Shown here one piece after another: positions 27,289-38,070 of a stretch of DNA of 64,000 bases. The DNA is from an uncultured candidate division Zixibacteria bacterium. GTDB lineage: Bacteria > Zixibacteria > MSB-5A5 > GN15 > FEB-12. Each line of letters begins with the position of its first letter. The stretch's first letter is position 1. The stretch spans positions 96,001-160,000 of the forward strand of contig CAVTJJ010000003.1 of NCBI GenBank assembly GCA_963735035.1, written 5' to 3'. A model generated the notes under the pieces. The model saw only the letters and a list, made by a program, of their open reading frames with translations, was not told the origin of the DNA and did no database searches. The position numbers and the translations under genes were made by a program.

Positions 27289-30021
27289 TCATTTCAACAG
27301 CATCATCTTCCGAGTCTCGGAGAAACTTCCCGCCGTGAGCCTATAGAAGTACACACCACTGGCGACCATCGCCCCATGATCATCACGGCCGTCCCAGACA
27401 ATTCGATAAGTCCCGGCGGCTTCCTCCCGATTCAGGAGAAGTCGCGTCTGTTGCCCCAGCACGTTGAACACAGCCAGTTCTACTCGAGAAGCACTCGGAA
27501 TCGAGTATTCGATTTCCGTGGTCGGATTGAAAGGGTTGGGATAGTTCTGTGCGAGGCGAAATTCCTGGGGGAGTATGATCGGCTCTTCGTCAACATCAGT
27601 GGGCAAATATACCCACGGCCGCCCGTACACATTCAATCCTTCGGTTCGGTTATCCGCCCAGACAAACCAGGCACGGCCCCGATAGGCTTTAACGGCGGGT
27701 TCCTGAGCATACTCTGGAGTAGAGCCAGCCGCAGGACTGTTCGTTCCCAGAGGCGTCAGAGTCGGGTCGAGTATTTGGAAATACGCAAGCGGATGGCCGT
27801 CGCGTCGGTCAATCCAAACTGTGCTAACGTAAAGATTGTTGCAGATCGAAACAGATGGCGATCCGGGATCGGCCGACGGTGAATCGGTCACTGTAATCGG
27901 TCCGCTAATTGTGGCGCCGGCAGCACTCAGGAGAGTGACATAACCGTTGTGGTCGCCATTTTCAAAGCCGGTCCAGAAGACGGCCACGCGACCATCCGAG
28001 CCAATATCAGCGGAGACATCTTCTATTTTGGCGGGTGATGTCGGCGCGTAAACGAACGATCCCGCGTCGCTGCCGTCGGCGTTGAACTTCTGTATGTGTA
28101 GCGACGGGGTGACGGCTCCGGCGTCGAACCAGACAACACTGATCCGATTGCTGTTATCACAGGCAGCGTATACTCTCGTTATGTCTACGCTTTGCACCAG
28201 CGGTGAGATCAAAAAGTCGCTGCCCTCGACTGATCCAGCGACGTTCAGCTTGCGGCCGTAAACTTGATACTGGCCACCACGGCTGTCGAGCCAGACGGCC
28301 AGACCGCTCCCGTCGGAATGAAGCACTACACGGGGTGACTGCTTCGATGACAGAGCGCTGGAGTCGGAGATGAGAAACTCGTTGGCGGTAGGGAAACCGT
28401 AGAGGGATAGTCTACGCCCGAAAATCCGCTGACCTGAAAATCCTCCGAGAGTGCGGGCATCGTTCCAGACGGCCATCGCCCGATCGGACGCTACTGCCAG
28501 ATTCGGCTGAGATTGTAGGCTGTTGCCGACATCCTGGTTGAGCCGGGTCTCGTCGCCAAGGAAACCTCCGGCGTGGGAGACGGTACGGACAAAGACGTCA
28601 CCCCAATCAAACTTCTGGCTGACGTAGGCGATAACATTCCACCAGTTTGAAGGAGTCACGATAGAGGGTGAGGAAACGGGGGCCCCGAAGGTGTCATCGT
28701 TAACGGTAAGCTCGCCGCTCAAGCGGCGCGTCCCGCCGGAATTGAAAAGCATGAGAGCAATATCCGGGTCGTCGTCGATCGACTCAGTCCAACAGACTGC
28801 GTAAGAGCCGTTTCGGGCAAACCCACCGGCAGGTGCCCAGCGCTGACCGGATGAGGCCAGGTTGATCACGGCAGGTAGACCTCCCGGAACCAGGCCGCTG
28901 TCGAGCATTATCGACTGAATAACGTTGTCGGCCCCCGAGGCCGACCAGAGCGCGAGCGTTCGTCCCGTCCGGTTAGTAGTGAGAGCAAGATAGGAGTTGA
29001 ACACCTGATCAAGGCCCGCTGAGATTTGGTGTCCGGTGCCTACCAGTCCGGTGGTCTGATTGTATCGCTGCAGGAAGATTTCCTGGCCCTGGCGGAGATC
29101 GGTCCAGCCGATTACATAACGGTCTTTTGTCGAATAGGTCACGGCCGGTGAATATTGCGCCGCGACATCATCCGGCGAAGGTACCACGGCAAAGTCGACG
29201 CCGACCGGACTCCCTGCCCCGCTGTACTGCCGAGCAAAGATATCGGCCTGGCCGTTGCGATAGTCTTCCCAGCAAACGAGAAGACCAGAACCGGGGGCTA
29301 CGGCAACAGCGGGTACCCAGTGGCTGACAGAGCCGCCGTCGGAATTCACCTGAATCGGGCCGACCAGCGAAGTTCCGGTCGAAGAAAACATTCTCATCTG
29401 TATGGTCGAGCCGAGGGTGGAGTAATCTTCCCAGGCTACTACTACCTGCCCATCCGGAAAGACAGCCAGGTCGGACGGACCGGCGAAGCTGCTTCCGGAC
29501 GTATCATTGACCTGCAAAGCCGACCAATCAGCCGCCCCTGCCGACGTATACCGAGTCAGGAAAACCATGCCGGCGGTTTGGTCGCGCCACGAGAAGTATA
29601 TCCTTCCGAGCGTATCTATGGCCAACCTGGGATCGGCATAGTCATGCCCGACCGTCGAGCCGGAGATCATTTCATTGCTGCCGAGAAGGGTTCCGGTCGA
29701 ATCATAACGCTGGCGGTAAATCTTGGTGCTGCCCTGACGGTCATCGGTCCAGACCGTCCACCAGCCACCACCCGAGACGTTTAGCAATTTGCTTTGCCCC
29801 TGCGAATAGCGAGCCGGTGAGGTCGACTGAGAAATGCGGAAATCTTCGGCGTCCGGCGCGGCCTGCTGCATTGGGGAAGTCGGTTCCGCAAAATCATAAC
29901 GCCGGGCAAGATCGAGCCCACTCAAGCGCTGGGCATGCTCCGCCTCACGATCAATTCCAGCCATGGCATTGGGACTTAGCAATATCGCCAGAGTAAGACC
30001 AACCACAGACGCAATTCGCAT
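27289..30021 (-). CDS. Large secreted repeat protein with C-terminal FlgD-Ig/T9SS-type-A-like domain
   Basis: Signal peptide; many P.VA...V.W.D.R.G..DI repeats; NYPNPFNP...WDG.D..G..VASGVYFYRL...RKMMLLK C-terminus. Confidence 0.85.
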   Translation of the reverse strand: MRIASVVGLTLAILLSPNAMAGIDREAEHAQRLSGLDLARRYDFAEPTSPMQQAAPDAEDFRISQSTSPARYSQGQSKLLNVSGGGWWTVWTDDRQGSTKIYRQRYDSTGTLLGSNEMISGSTVGHDYADPRLAIDTLGRIYFSWRDQTAGMVFLTRYTSAGAADWSALQVNDTSGSSFAGPSDLAVFPDGQVVVAWEDYSTLGSTIQMRMFSSTGTSLVGPIQVNSDGGSVSHWVPAVAVAPGSGLLVCWEDYRNGQADIFARQYSGAGSPVGVDFAVVPSPDDVAAQYSPAVTYSTKDRYVIGWTDLRQGQEIFLQRYNQTTGLVGTGHQISAGLDQVFNSYLALTTNRTGRTLALWSASGADNVIQSIMLDSGLVPGGLPAVINLASSGQRWAPAGGFARNGSYAVCWTESIDDDPDIALMLFNSGGTRRLSGELTVNDDTFGAPVSSPSIVTPSNWWNVIAYVSQKFDWGDVFVRTVSHAGGFLGDETRLNQDVGNSLQSQPNLAVASDRAMAVWNDARTLGGFSGQRIFGRRLSLYGFPTANEFLISDSSALSSKQSPRVVLHSDGSGLAVWLDSRGGQYQVYGRKLNVAGSVEGSDFLISPLVQSVDITRVYAACDNSNRISVVWFDAGAVTPSLHIQKFNADGSDAGSFVYAPTSPAKIEDVSADIGSDGRVAVFWTGFENGDHNGYVTLLSAAGATISGPITVTDSPSADPGSPSVSICNNLYVSTVWIDRRDGHPLAYFQILDPTLTPLGTNSPAAGSTPEYAQEPAVKAYRGRAWFVWADNRTEGLNVYGRPWVYLPTDVDEEPIILPQEFRLAQNYPNPFNPTTEIEYSIPSASRVELAVFNVLGQQTRLLLNREEAAGTYRIVWDGRDDHGAMVASGVYFYRLTAGSFSETRKMMLLK

Positions 30022-30481
30022 TATAAGCCTCTTCTCCAAAGCAGACATATGGGCATCGAAATGTGAAGGGGCAAAAGAGATGCCTAAAATATAATCATTG
30101 GGGTTGGGAAACGCCACTGTTCTTTTCTCGTAACTTATTTGCAAATATGAGATTAGAGAGCGACCATCGATTCTTCCTCGGGCCTCGTGGAGAAGATGAC
30201 CCTTGGGGCGCAAAGCGGTGCATAAATGACGCCTTTTATACGGTGGTGCAGACGAGACGGATGAACGAGGGGTGGATTATTCGCTTGCCTGAAAGGGACT
30301 CACCATATTGGTTGAAACTCGAGCTAACCTTTTGTCGTACTTTGTAATGGAACTATTTTCGGGAAGTTCCCGGAGAGCCCGGTGTAACTTCTGGGAAGGT
30401 TCGATTGGAGTACTTGTGGAGCATATGAATTTTACAGAAGTAACCGAACACCCTTGGGGTGATGACTAATTGTCTACGCCT

Positions 30482-32338
30482 ATGAAGATTTCATTGATCG
30501 TAACTCTCACGGTTCTATTGGCCGCGGGCTCCGCCTTCAGCCAACAGATCGACGACGAGGTGATCGATGAACTGAATCAAGAGCTTGATCAACTCTCGAA
30601 AGATGTCGCCGACGAGTATCTCGATATTCTGGATAATATCAGCGGCACTCTCAAAGATTACTCTGACTACGTCAAGGAGATGCCTTCAGACGCGGCCGAT
30701 CACGACATCAAGATCATAGGCACAATGCAAGACAACCTCAATCGGGGAGCTTACGTCGACAACCCGGAAAAGCTGCTTGACGATCTGTATGCCGCCATTG
30801 ACAGCATCAAGGCGGTTGAAAACGAGCACCGGGTCAAGTTCAACACCAACAGCCCCAAGTGTTGTCGGCTGGGAAGAAGCCTCCGAAAAGAGTTGATTAT
30901 TAGTGCCGAATTGGTAGAGGACTATCTTGACCAGCCGACATCTCAAGTGTTGGGCAAAGACGAAATCAAGAAGTATGTGAATGAGGCCCTCAAAGCCTTG
31001 CGTGAAATCGACCAGGCCAAGGGCGTACAGGGGATAGAGGCGGAAAAAGTCCGGAAGGCGATGGAAGCCCTTCGGACAATGGGGCTGCCAGGACGCGTCG
31101 TTTATGTCCCTGACGGTACGAAGTCGCCTCAACCGCCGGTAATCGTATTGCCGTCACAGCCGCCTTCGATATCCTGGAGTTACAGCGATAGCAAGGGTGA
31201 AACTAAGAAGGGCGCCCAGCATCAGACGGTCGGACAAGTTCAGGCCTCGCAGCCCGACTGGCCCATACGAATCGAAAATCCGTCAGGCGAAATCATCATC
31301 GTGGGCTCGAACGTCAAGACTATCACCGCCACGCTCAACCTGGAAGTTTCGGCTGAATCCCACGAAAAAGAAACCGAGTATCTGGATCGCGCCATGCTGG
31401 TGGTGGCACAGGAAGAGGGGCAGTATTCGGTTACGGTTGATCTGCCCCGCCTTTCGGATCACCGCACGGAATTGCTGACAAGCACGCTGGAGGTTTCGGT
31501 TCCGAGAACGAACAAGATTATCTGCACGGGCGCCAACGGTCCGATTCGAATTTCAGACATTGACGGCGGCGTGAAGGTCGATGGCGACAAATCCGAAATC
31601 GAAGTTGTGAGAATCAATGGTGGCGCTACTATTCGAAACGCCATGGGTCCTGTGACTGCTGAAGAAATCAAAGGCATTATTGACATTGAGACGTCATATT
31701 CCCCTATCGAGCTCAGCCATTGTGACGGGCGAACTTCGATAGAAAACCAGTACGCCGCCATTACCATGATGGGCTGCCAGGGAGTCACTCAGATCAACAA
31801 CACCGGACAGATAGAAATCAGCAATCATTCGGGGAACGTCACGATCGAAAACGCCTACGGCAGGATTGAAGTGGATCGTCTGACCGGCGACCTGATCGCG
31901 ACTAATGGATATCAGCCGCTCGTCGTCACCGAAATCTCCGGATCGGCCGAACTTGAGAATGCTTACGGAGAGATCAGCGTGGACGGGGTGGGATCGAGTC
32001 TCTCAGCAACTAACAACAACGGCCAGATATTCGTTGAGTCGAGCCAGGGTCCGGTGGAGTTGAGCAACTCCTACGGTAATATCAGTGTCTCTCTCGAACG
32101 TGGTTTCAAGGGGGGATCATCGATTACCAACACCGGCGGCACGATCAAGCTGTCGATTATTCAGCAACCCGATCTCGTGCTGTCCCTGCACACCATAGGC
32201 GGAAGTATCACGAGCAGTCTGCCGCTTTCGGTTCGTTCGAGGGGTGATGCCAAGACGGCGGAACTGGAACTTGGCGACGGGGGTGAGTCGCTGGATGTAT
32301 CGGGTGACGGCAGCGCGATCGTTATTCAGGGACGGTGA
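30482..32338 (+). CDS. Exported DUF4097 beta-strand-repeat protein with helical N-terminal domain
   Basis: Signal peptide; repeated I.N.YG.I.V..I.G motifs. Confidence 0.8.
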   Translation: MKISLIVTLTVLLAAGSAFSQQIDDEVIDELNQELDQLSKDVADEYLDILDNISGTLKDYSDYVKEMPSDAADHDIKIIGTMQDNLNRGAYVDNPEKLLDDLYAAIDSIKAVENEHRVKFNTNSPKCCRLGRSLRKELIISAELVEDYLDQPTSQVLGKDEIKKYVNEALKALREIDQAKGVQGIEAEKVRKAMEALRTMGLPGRVVYVPDGTKSPQPPVIVLPSQPPSISWSYSDSKGETKKGAQHQTVGQVQASQPDWPIRIENPSGEIIIVGSNVKTITATLNLEVSAESHEKETEYLDRAMLVVAQEEGQYSVTVDLPRLSDHRTELLTSTLEVSVPRTNKIICTGANGPIRISDIDGGVKVDGDKSEIEVVRINGGATIRNAMGPVTAEEIKGIIDIETSYSPIELSHCDGRTSIENQYAAITMMGCQGVTQINNTGQIEISNHSGNVTIENAYGRIEVDRLTGDLIATNGYQPLVVTEISGSAELENAYGEISVDGVGSSLSATNNNGQIFVESSQGPVELSNSYGNISVSLERGFKGGSSITNTGGTIKLSIIQQPDLVLSLHTIGGSITSSLPLSVRSRGDAKTAELELGDGGESLDVSGDGSAIVIQGR

Positions 32339-32394
32339 GCCCCATCCTCTCCGTGTGACATAAAGAACCCAATCGGGACATTACCAATAGTCTT

Positions 32395-32450
32395 GAGATT
32401 GCCGCGCTACGATGTCCGCCTGGCGGCGGGCCATCTCCACTCGCAATGAC
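32395..32450. repeat. REP-like element (GAGATTGC...CTCGCAATGAC family) with nested CCGCC-GGCGG hairpin
   Basis: Shares GGCGGGCCATCTCC.CTCGCAATGAC with the element at 43850-43893. Confidence 0.6.
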
Positions 32451-32490
32451 CTGGGATGGGGCCTCTCGCACTCATCTGGCCCCGTAGTGC

Positions 32491-33798
32491 CTACGCGACT
32501 TCCACCGGTTGTCTTAGATTCTCCAGCTTCGAGCGGATACGGTTTTCCACCGCCTCAACACTTTTCTGATCGTAATAGAGGGCACTTTCGGTGCGAGTCA
32601 GGTGCTGCATTTCCGACATCACGGCACTGACCGCTTCCATCTCGCGCGTTATTTCCCTGGCCGTCTGAGTCACCATCCCGCTCGGATCCACAATGGCGCC
32701 GTCGCGAATCCCCGCCTCGACTTCGCGGACCCGGTGCAGAATCGACGCTGCAATCGTATCGACGTATTGAGTAAAGGCGGATGTAGTCGCCTTGAACGAT
32801 TCAAGAAATCCGGTCTTGACCTGCTCTCCGGCGAACTTCGACTGGATACGCCGATTCTCTTCGAGAAGCGCCTCGACCGCCGCGTACTGCTGAAACAGCA
32901 GCCGGTTGGCTTCCTTGAGGATGTCCTCGGTCGAGCCGATGTCCATTTCCAGGTACTTGGACTCTTCGATAGTTTTCGAGAAGAGTTGTTTTTCAATAGT
33001 ACAATAAGCTTCGAGGCTGAGACGCAGGTTCCCACGAATGATGTCGCGATTGCTGCGCTCGGCATTGTCGGAGCCTATCTGCAAATCGGCGATACGGAAT
33101 TTCGAAGTCCGGTTGGCCAGGTTGACTATCTGGCTGCCGATCATCTCCGGCTCATCGGCTCCCGGTGAAAAGACCGTATGATGATGTCCAACCGCCTGGC
33201 AGACTGATTCCGGCAGACGCCATTGTTCTAACAAGAACTGACCAACCCGGGCATGATTACTACCCCAGGCCTCTTCTTCAAGTTCGACCAGGGTGCCGTT
33301 GCCGAGCGACTTCTTCCACATCTTCTGATATTGGTCGGCGAACGACCGTTCGAGCACCAGGAGCCCTATATCGTGCAAGAGACCGGCGACAAACATCTCC
33401 TCGGTCTTCTTGTAGCCACTTTTCTCGGATATATCCCGTGCCGCGATCGCGGTTTCCAGCGAATGTCGCCAGAAGCGAACGCGGTCGAAAGACGATGGCC
33501 ACCGCTCGGTCATCGAATAGACAGAGGTAGAGAGCGCCAGAGCCGTAACCTGACGCATGCCAAGCGTTACTACGGCCTGCGGCACCGACCCTATCTTGCG
33601 GCCCATGCCGTAGTAGGGAGAATTTACCACCCGAAGCACCCTGGCCGTCATGGCCGGATCGCGCATCAGGACCTTGGCCAGATCGTCAGCCCCGGTATTG
33701 TCGTCGGCTACAACCCGGAGAACTTCAGACAGGGTCTGGGGTAAAGCGTACAGTTTTAGCCCGTCGTCGAGAACCTTCTTGATAGCATCGTGCACCAT
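32491..33798 (-). CDS. HDOD domain signalling protein
   Basis: DPAMTARVLRVVNSPYY, FWRHS, AGLLHDIG, HARVG, W.LP; coiled-coil C-terminus. Confidence 0.9.
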   Translation of the reverse strand: MVHDAIKKVLDDGLKLYALPQTLSEVLRVVADDNTGADDLAKVLMRDPAMTARVLRVVNSPYYGMGRKIGSVPQAVVTLGMRQVTALALSTSVYSMTERWPSSFDRVRFWRHSLETAIAARDISEKSGYKKTEEMFVAGLLHDIGLLVLERSFADQYQKMWKKSLGNGTLVELEEEAWGSNHARVGQFLLEQWRLPESVCQAVGHHHTVFSPGADEPEMIGSQIVNLANRTSKFRIADLQIGSDNAERSNRDIIRGNLRLSLEAYCTIEKQLFSKTIEESKYLEMDIGSTEDILKEANRLLFQQYAAVEALLEENRRIQSKFAGEQVKTGFLESFKATTSAFTQYVDTIAASILHRVREVEAGIRDGAIVDPSGMVTQTAREITREMEAVSAVMSEMQHLTRTESALYYDQKSVEAVENRIRSKLENLRQPVEVA

Positions 33799-33854
33799 AG
33801 GGCTTCCTCCTAGACTGTTTATCGGCTGAAGGGAAATTGTAATGAGCGAGGAAG

Positions 33855-35081
33855 TTACCTGGGCTGGCCGGAAAGACGTCGACGGAGCCGCTCCAGACGG
33901 CGATTGAGGTGGTCCAGATGGCGTTCCCCCTTGGGTTCCGCCCTCCCGGCCCGCAGAGCATAGTCCAGGGCACCTTGATAGTCCTTGATACGGTGCTCGA
34001 AGTGTTTCGACAGTTCAAGGGCCGCCAGGGCGGCTTCCGTGCCGGTATGGTCGGCCAACTGCCGCCAAAGCTCAACCGCCCGATCCCATTCGCCTTGTCG
34101 CTTGAAGGCCAACGAATGGTAGAGAAGTACTTCGTCCGATAGAGGCGGTCCGGTGGTTCGGGATAGCGTCTGAAAATTGGCGATTACTTTCTGGTGCCGT
34201 TTACGCCGGCCGTAAACCCGGGACAAGGAATAGAGATCGTCGGCATAGTCGAGAGATTTCCCTTCGGTCAGGAACACCTCGTTGACCCGCATCAGCAGGA
34301 AGTACAACGAGAGTATGTCCAGGCGGTTGTGCTCGAGGACCGCGACCATTGAATCGGTGGCATCGGTCTGCAGCCATTCGAAATAGATCGACGGGATCAG
34401 GTGACCGGGGATGTCATCCTGGCGATAGAAGCCAAAGACTTCGCGCTCGATACTGGTCAGGCTGCAATCATTGATGCGGCGTTTGAAGAGACGCCGGGTA
34501 GAGTGCAATAGATCGAAATGGCCGGCGTGAGGAATTTCACGGGCCACTCGGTTGACGATAAACCGGTCACGGATCAGGTTGAGATCGAAGGCGGCGCCGT
34601 TGTAGCTGACCAGAGTACGGTCGCCTGTCAGTTCAAAAAGGACCCGTTCAAGCATCGCGGCCTCGTCGGCGTAATCCGGCAAGAGGTACTGACGAACCTC
34701 AAAGCCACGATCGGTCAGCGTACCAAGACCGATCAGAAACGGAACCGCTCCGGTCCCTCCCAGGCCGGTGGTTTCGGTGTCTATGAACAGCAAGTTTTCA
34801 AGAGCCACCGAGCCTTGAGATTCCATGGCTGAATACGAAGCCACTTCGACAGTAGCGTCTGCTCCGGGGGGCGTGAACTTTGCCCAGCCAAATTCATGGC
34901 CGAACTGATAGATGGTGGAAGTGCGGATGTAGTTTCCGGCCGGATCGCAGACTACCTCTCCCCCGACCGCCTCGGCCAGCCGCTGATAACGTGAAGAAAC
35001 AGCTTGAGTAGGTGGAGCGGGTTTACTGGCGACCAGACCTTTCATTCGATCCAGTCGCTCTGTCAGGCGGTCATTTTTCAT
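33855..35081 (-). CDS. YprB/MrfB-like RNase H-fold (DEDD) exonuclease with TPR tail
   Basis: FIDTETTGL, SYNGAAFD, HFDLLH, HNRLDI; K..EH..KD TPR-like C-terminus. Confidence 0.85.
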   Translation of the reverse strand: MKNDRLTERLDRMKGLVASKPAPPTQAVSSRYQRLAEAVGGEVVCDPAGNYIRTSTIYQFGHEFGWAKFTPPGADATVEVASYSAMESQGSVALENLLFIDTETTGLGGTGAVPFLIGLGTLTDRGFEVRQYLLPDYADEAAMLERVLFELTGDRTLVSYNGAAFDLNLIRDRFIVNRVAREIPHAGHFDLLHSTRRLFKRRINDCSLTSIEREVFGFYRQDDIPGHLIPSIYFEWLQTDATDSMVAVLEHNRLDILSLYFLLMRVNEVFLTEGKSLDYADDLYSLSRVYGRRKRHQKVIANFQTLSRTTGPPLSDEVLLYHSLAFKRQGEWDRAVELWRQLADHTGTEAALAALELSKHFEHRIKDYQGALDYALRAGRAEPKGERHLDHLNRRLERLRRRLSGQPR

Positions 35082-36009
35082 GCTGCACGGGATTGAGCGC
35101 CGATTCTACCTTGAGCCGCGCGAGACGATCCGGTTCGGCGTCGAAATAGCGCTGTCGGAAATTGAGGCGGTCTCCAGGATCAGCCTTGGCCAGCGCTTCG
35201 GCGGCATGGGCGCGTCTTTCAAGATCGATTGATTCAGCCTGCAAGATGAGAATTTGTAGAGCGGAGTCGGTGCCTATTCGCCCGAGCAGGCGGCAACCGA
35301 GATTGCCCAGCATCTGATTGGGAGAGTCTATCGAATCTGAAACGACGGTAACTACGACCGTGGTTTCGAGACGAAGCAGCGAGTTGATAGCAGTGAGTCT
35401 TGCTCCATAGAAATCGTCGCCCAGGCAATGCACCAGCTCTTCGACCGACTCAGCCACTCGCAATTGTCCGCAGGCGACTACCGCCGATTTACGCACCTGG
35501 CCGACCGAGTCCTTCAGCGCTTCTATGGCAATCTCGGAAGCCCGCGAACTGCCGATACGCCCCAACGCGCCGATGGCTTCGTCGCGAACCTGCCAACTCT
35601 GGTGCTTACAAACCCCGACTAAGCCGTCTACCGCTGTAGAATCTTTGATGTCACCTAGTACCGAGGCGACTCGCTGGACGACCAAATCGTCCGGTCGTTT
35701 GAGCGCTTCCAAAAGCAGCGGTACCGCCGGAGGGCCGATCCTTTGAAAGATCCAGATGAGAGTCCATTTGTCCCAAGAGGACCGGGTACTGAATTTCTCG
35801 ATCAGGTACGGCACGGCGTTGGCCTTGTAGGCAGCGATTTGGTTCATGGCCGAATCACGCAGATTCTGATATTGTATCTCCGCCGACGACGCGATCACGA
35901 ATAGAGAGTCGAGTTGACGTTCAAATTCGCCTTTCGCGGACACGGTCGGCGCGATTGCTACCGTCAACAAGATCGCCACGTACAGAAATTTGGGAATCAC
36001 TTTTGACAT
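35071..36009 (-). CDS. Exported HEAT-repeat protein
   Basis: Signal peptide; VR..A..ALG.IG repeats. Confidence 0.85.
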   Translation of the reverse strand: MSKVIPKFLYVAILLTVAIAPTVSAKGEFERQLDSLFVIASSAEIQYQNLRDSAMNQIAAYKANAVPYLIEKFSTRSSWDKWTLIWIFQRIGPPAVPLLLEALKRPDDLVVQRVASVLGDIKDSTAVDGLVGVCKHQSWQVRDEAIGALGRIGSSRASEIAIEALKDSVGQVRKSAVVACGQLRVAESVEELVHCLGDDFYGARLTAINSLLRLETTVVVTVVSDSIDSPNQMLGNLGCRLLGRIGTDSALQILILQAESIDLERRAHAAEALAKADPGDRLNFRQRYFDAEPDRLARLKVESALNPVQHEK

Positions 36010-36010
36010 A

Positions 36011-37945
36011 CTACGGTCCTTTCCCCGAGGAATCGGCCGGATTCAGCTCTATATCCATCCCCCCGCCCCAATCTCGCACCGCCTGCCAATAATAGTTGTC
36101 GCGGCCGTTGCCGTCGTACTGATCTTTCCCCCCCAGATCGATAAACAAGCCGATAGAGCCAAAATCCCGGCGGGGATCACCGGCCCCCTGAGCCAGGCTC
36201 GAGTTGCTGCTGAAATACCGGTCGGCGCCGGAGAGGTCCATCAGAATTCCGATACCGTTGGCGGAGCCATCCCCCTGGACTTTGTCGAATCCGACATAAG
36301 TATCATTGCCGCCCCGGTCGAGCAGCCAGCCAAACGCGTAATCATGGCCGCACCCCTGCATGACACCTTTGCCGTAGTACATGTCATTGCCGGACTCGTC
36401 CATGAGCAGACCCATGGCCATGTGGGTAGCGGCCCCCTGGCCGTACTGGTAACAGTTGTACGAGTCGATCCCCGACGAATCGTAGAGTATACCCAGCGAC
36501 CACCAATAGGCGGCTCCCTGCCCATAGATGTCGGCGTAGTAGTTGTCGTTACCTTTCAGATCGATGATCGCCCCGATGCCGCCAGACATCCAGGGTCTAA
36601 TGCCACAGGCGTACCCCTGTGACATCGATTGATAGTGGTCGTTATAGCGATTGATGTCTTTGTATTTCCCGCCGGCAAAGTAGTTGTCTGAACCCTCGGA
36701 TTCGAAAATGACTCCAGCACCTTCAACGAATCCGAAACCCTGGGAATAAGCGGCGGCGTTATAGTTGTCCCGGCCGCCCTCATCGATTAACAGACCGATT
36801 CCGAACGTCCCTGCTCCCTGCACGTGGGTGTCGCCGCTGTAGTGGTCATTGCCGGAAGCGTCATAGAGCATACCGAATCCGAACCAGCCGGAGCCGAGCC
36901 CAAACGATTTGGAGTCGTACCAGTCATTGCCGCCGTAGTCGAACAACAAACCGACCGAGAGGCAGCCGGACCCGAGCGTGAAATCAGACATGCCCCGGTA
37001 GATGTCGTCACCGGCCAGATCGATTATGATGACACCGTGTGGATTGGCCGGATCGTAAGTGAGTTCGTAAACGTCATTGCCGCCGACATCGAGAATGAAA
37101 CTGTAGTCGCCCTTGTAGTAATCGTTGCCGGGCCCGCCGATTTTCCATCCCGGCTGGCATCCCAGATAGCTCGAATCGACCATGTCTTTGGGGATGTAGC
37201 CGGTAGTGGCGAGAATCTTGGCGGCCGAATCACCCGCGAGGACATTACGCAGGGCCGCAATATCCGGCAGGAGATCACGAATGCAATCTATTCCCGCAGC
37301 CGTGAGCGGGTCTTTTTGAATCCTCGGGGCGAACTTGACAAATTCCTCGACGTACTTCTCTTCTTTCTGCTCCAGCGAATCAGCGGCCGCCACCGAGAGA
37401 AATTCCTCCTGATCGCTCATCGCCACGACTTCTTTGAATTCGTTGACCACGAACTGTCGCTGGTGCTTGGTCAGGTCGGGCAACGTGAGCGCGGTCGAGC
37501 CGGGGAACACCGCTTCGAGATAGGCCGCGGCTTTGGTGAGAAGGCCGTTGAGGGCGATGTTGGTGTACACGAGGGTGTAGCCTTCCTGTATTTCGGACAG
37601 GTTGGGACGGTGCGGTCGTCCCCGCTCTTTCTGCAGCTCCAGAGCCATATCGGCATGAAGCACGCCCGCCAGAATGTCCGGCTGACCCTTTGCGTAGGCG
37701 TTTTTGAGCGCCAACACATAATCTCTCGTCCTGAGAGGATCGCGCATCAGATCGGCTATCATTTTCAATCGCAGCGAATCGGTTTCGGTATAGTCGGAGC
37801 GGAAGGCCAGGTCGGACGGTTTCAGGCCGAGGTACTCGGTCAGGTGCTCGATCCCGAACTGCTCCGCCTGTCGCAGGCTGTCCTGAGCTCCTACTCCGGG
37901 AGTAAGACCGATTAAGGCCGACAGCAATAGAAGGGTTCTTTTCAT
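36011..37945 (-). CDS. Exported protein with Gly-rich D..G.D.Y repeats
   Basis: Signal peptide; about 10 repeats of the type QG.G..G.G.L.D..G.D.Y. Confidence 0.8.
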   Translation of the reverse strand: MKRTLLLLSALIGLTPGVGAQDSLRQAEQFGIEHLTEYLGLKPSDLAFRSDYTETDSLRLKMIADLMRDPLRTRDYVLALKNAYAKGQPDILAGVLHADMALELQKERGRPHRPNLSEIQEGYTLVYTNIALNGLLTKAAAYLEAVFPGSTALTLPDLTKHQRQFVVNEFKEVVAMSDQEEFLSVAAADSLEQKEEKYVEEFVKFAPRIQKDPLTAAGIDCIRDLLPDIAALRNVLAGDSAAKILATTGYIPKDMVDSSYLGCQPGWKIGGPGNDYYKGDYSFILDVGGNDVYELTYDPANPHGVIIIDLAGDDIYRGMSDFTLGSGCLSVGLLFDYGGNDWYDSKSFGLGSGWFGFGMLYDASGNDHYSGDTHVQGAGTFGIGLLIDEGGRDNYNAAAYSQGFGFVEGAGVIFESEGSDNYFAGGKYKDINRYNDHYQSMSQGYACGIRPWMSGGIGAIIDLKGNDNYYADIYGQGAAYWWSLGILYDSSGIDSYNCYQYGQGAATHMAMGLLMDESGNDMYYGKGVMQGCGHDYAFGWLLDRGGNDTYVGFDKVQGDGSANGIGILMDLSGADRYFSSNSSLAQGAGDPRRDFGSIGLFIDLGGKDQYDGNGRDNYYWQAVRDWGGGMDIELNPADSSGKGP

Positions 37946-38012
37946 AGTGTCAGAATAATAGAGCGAGTTGTTTTACGGGGTCAAGAACAATGATAGCCGG
38001 GCAGATTGACAC

Positions 38013-38044
38013 AAAAAAGAGGCGCCCCATCCGGGACGCCTCTC
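38013..38044 (-). terminator. Intrinsic terminator after the pilin gene
   Basis: GAGGCGTCCC-GGAT-GGGGCGCCTC stem then TTTTTT on the minus strand. Confidence 0.8.
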
Positions 38045-38070
38045 GCTTGTCTCAGCTCGTAACCCGAGGG

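Noticed and set aside
30150..30260. c-di-GMP-I riboswitch suggested by GGGGCGCAAAGC
   Set aside because: The upstream GGCAAAC...GAAA stem and downstream pairing could not be found.
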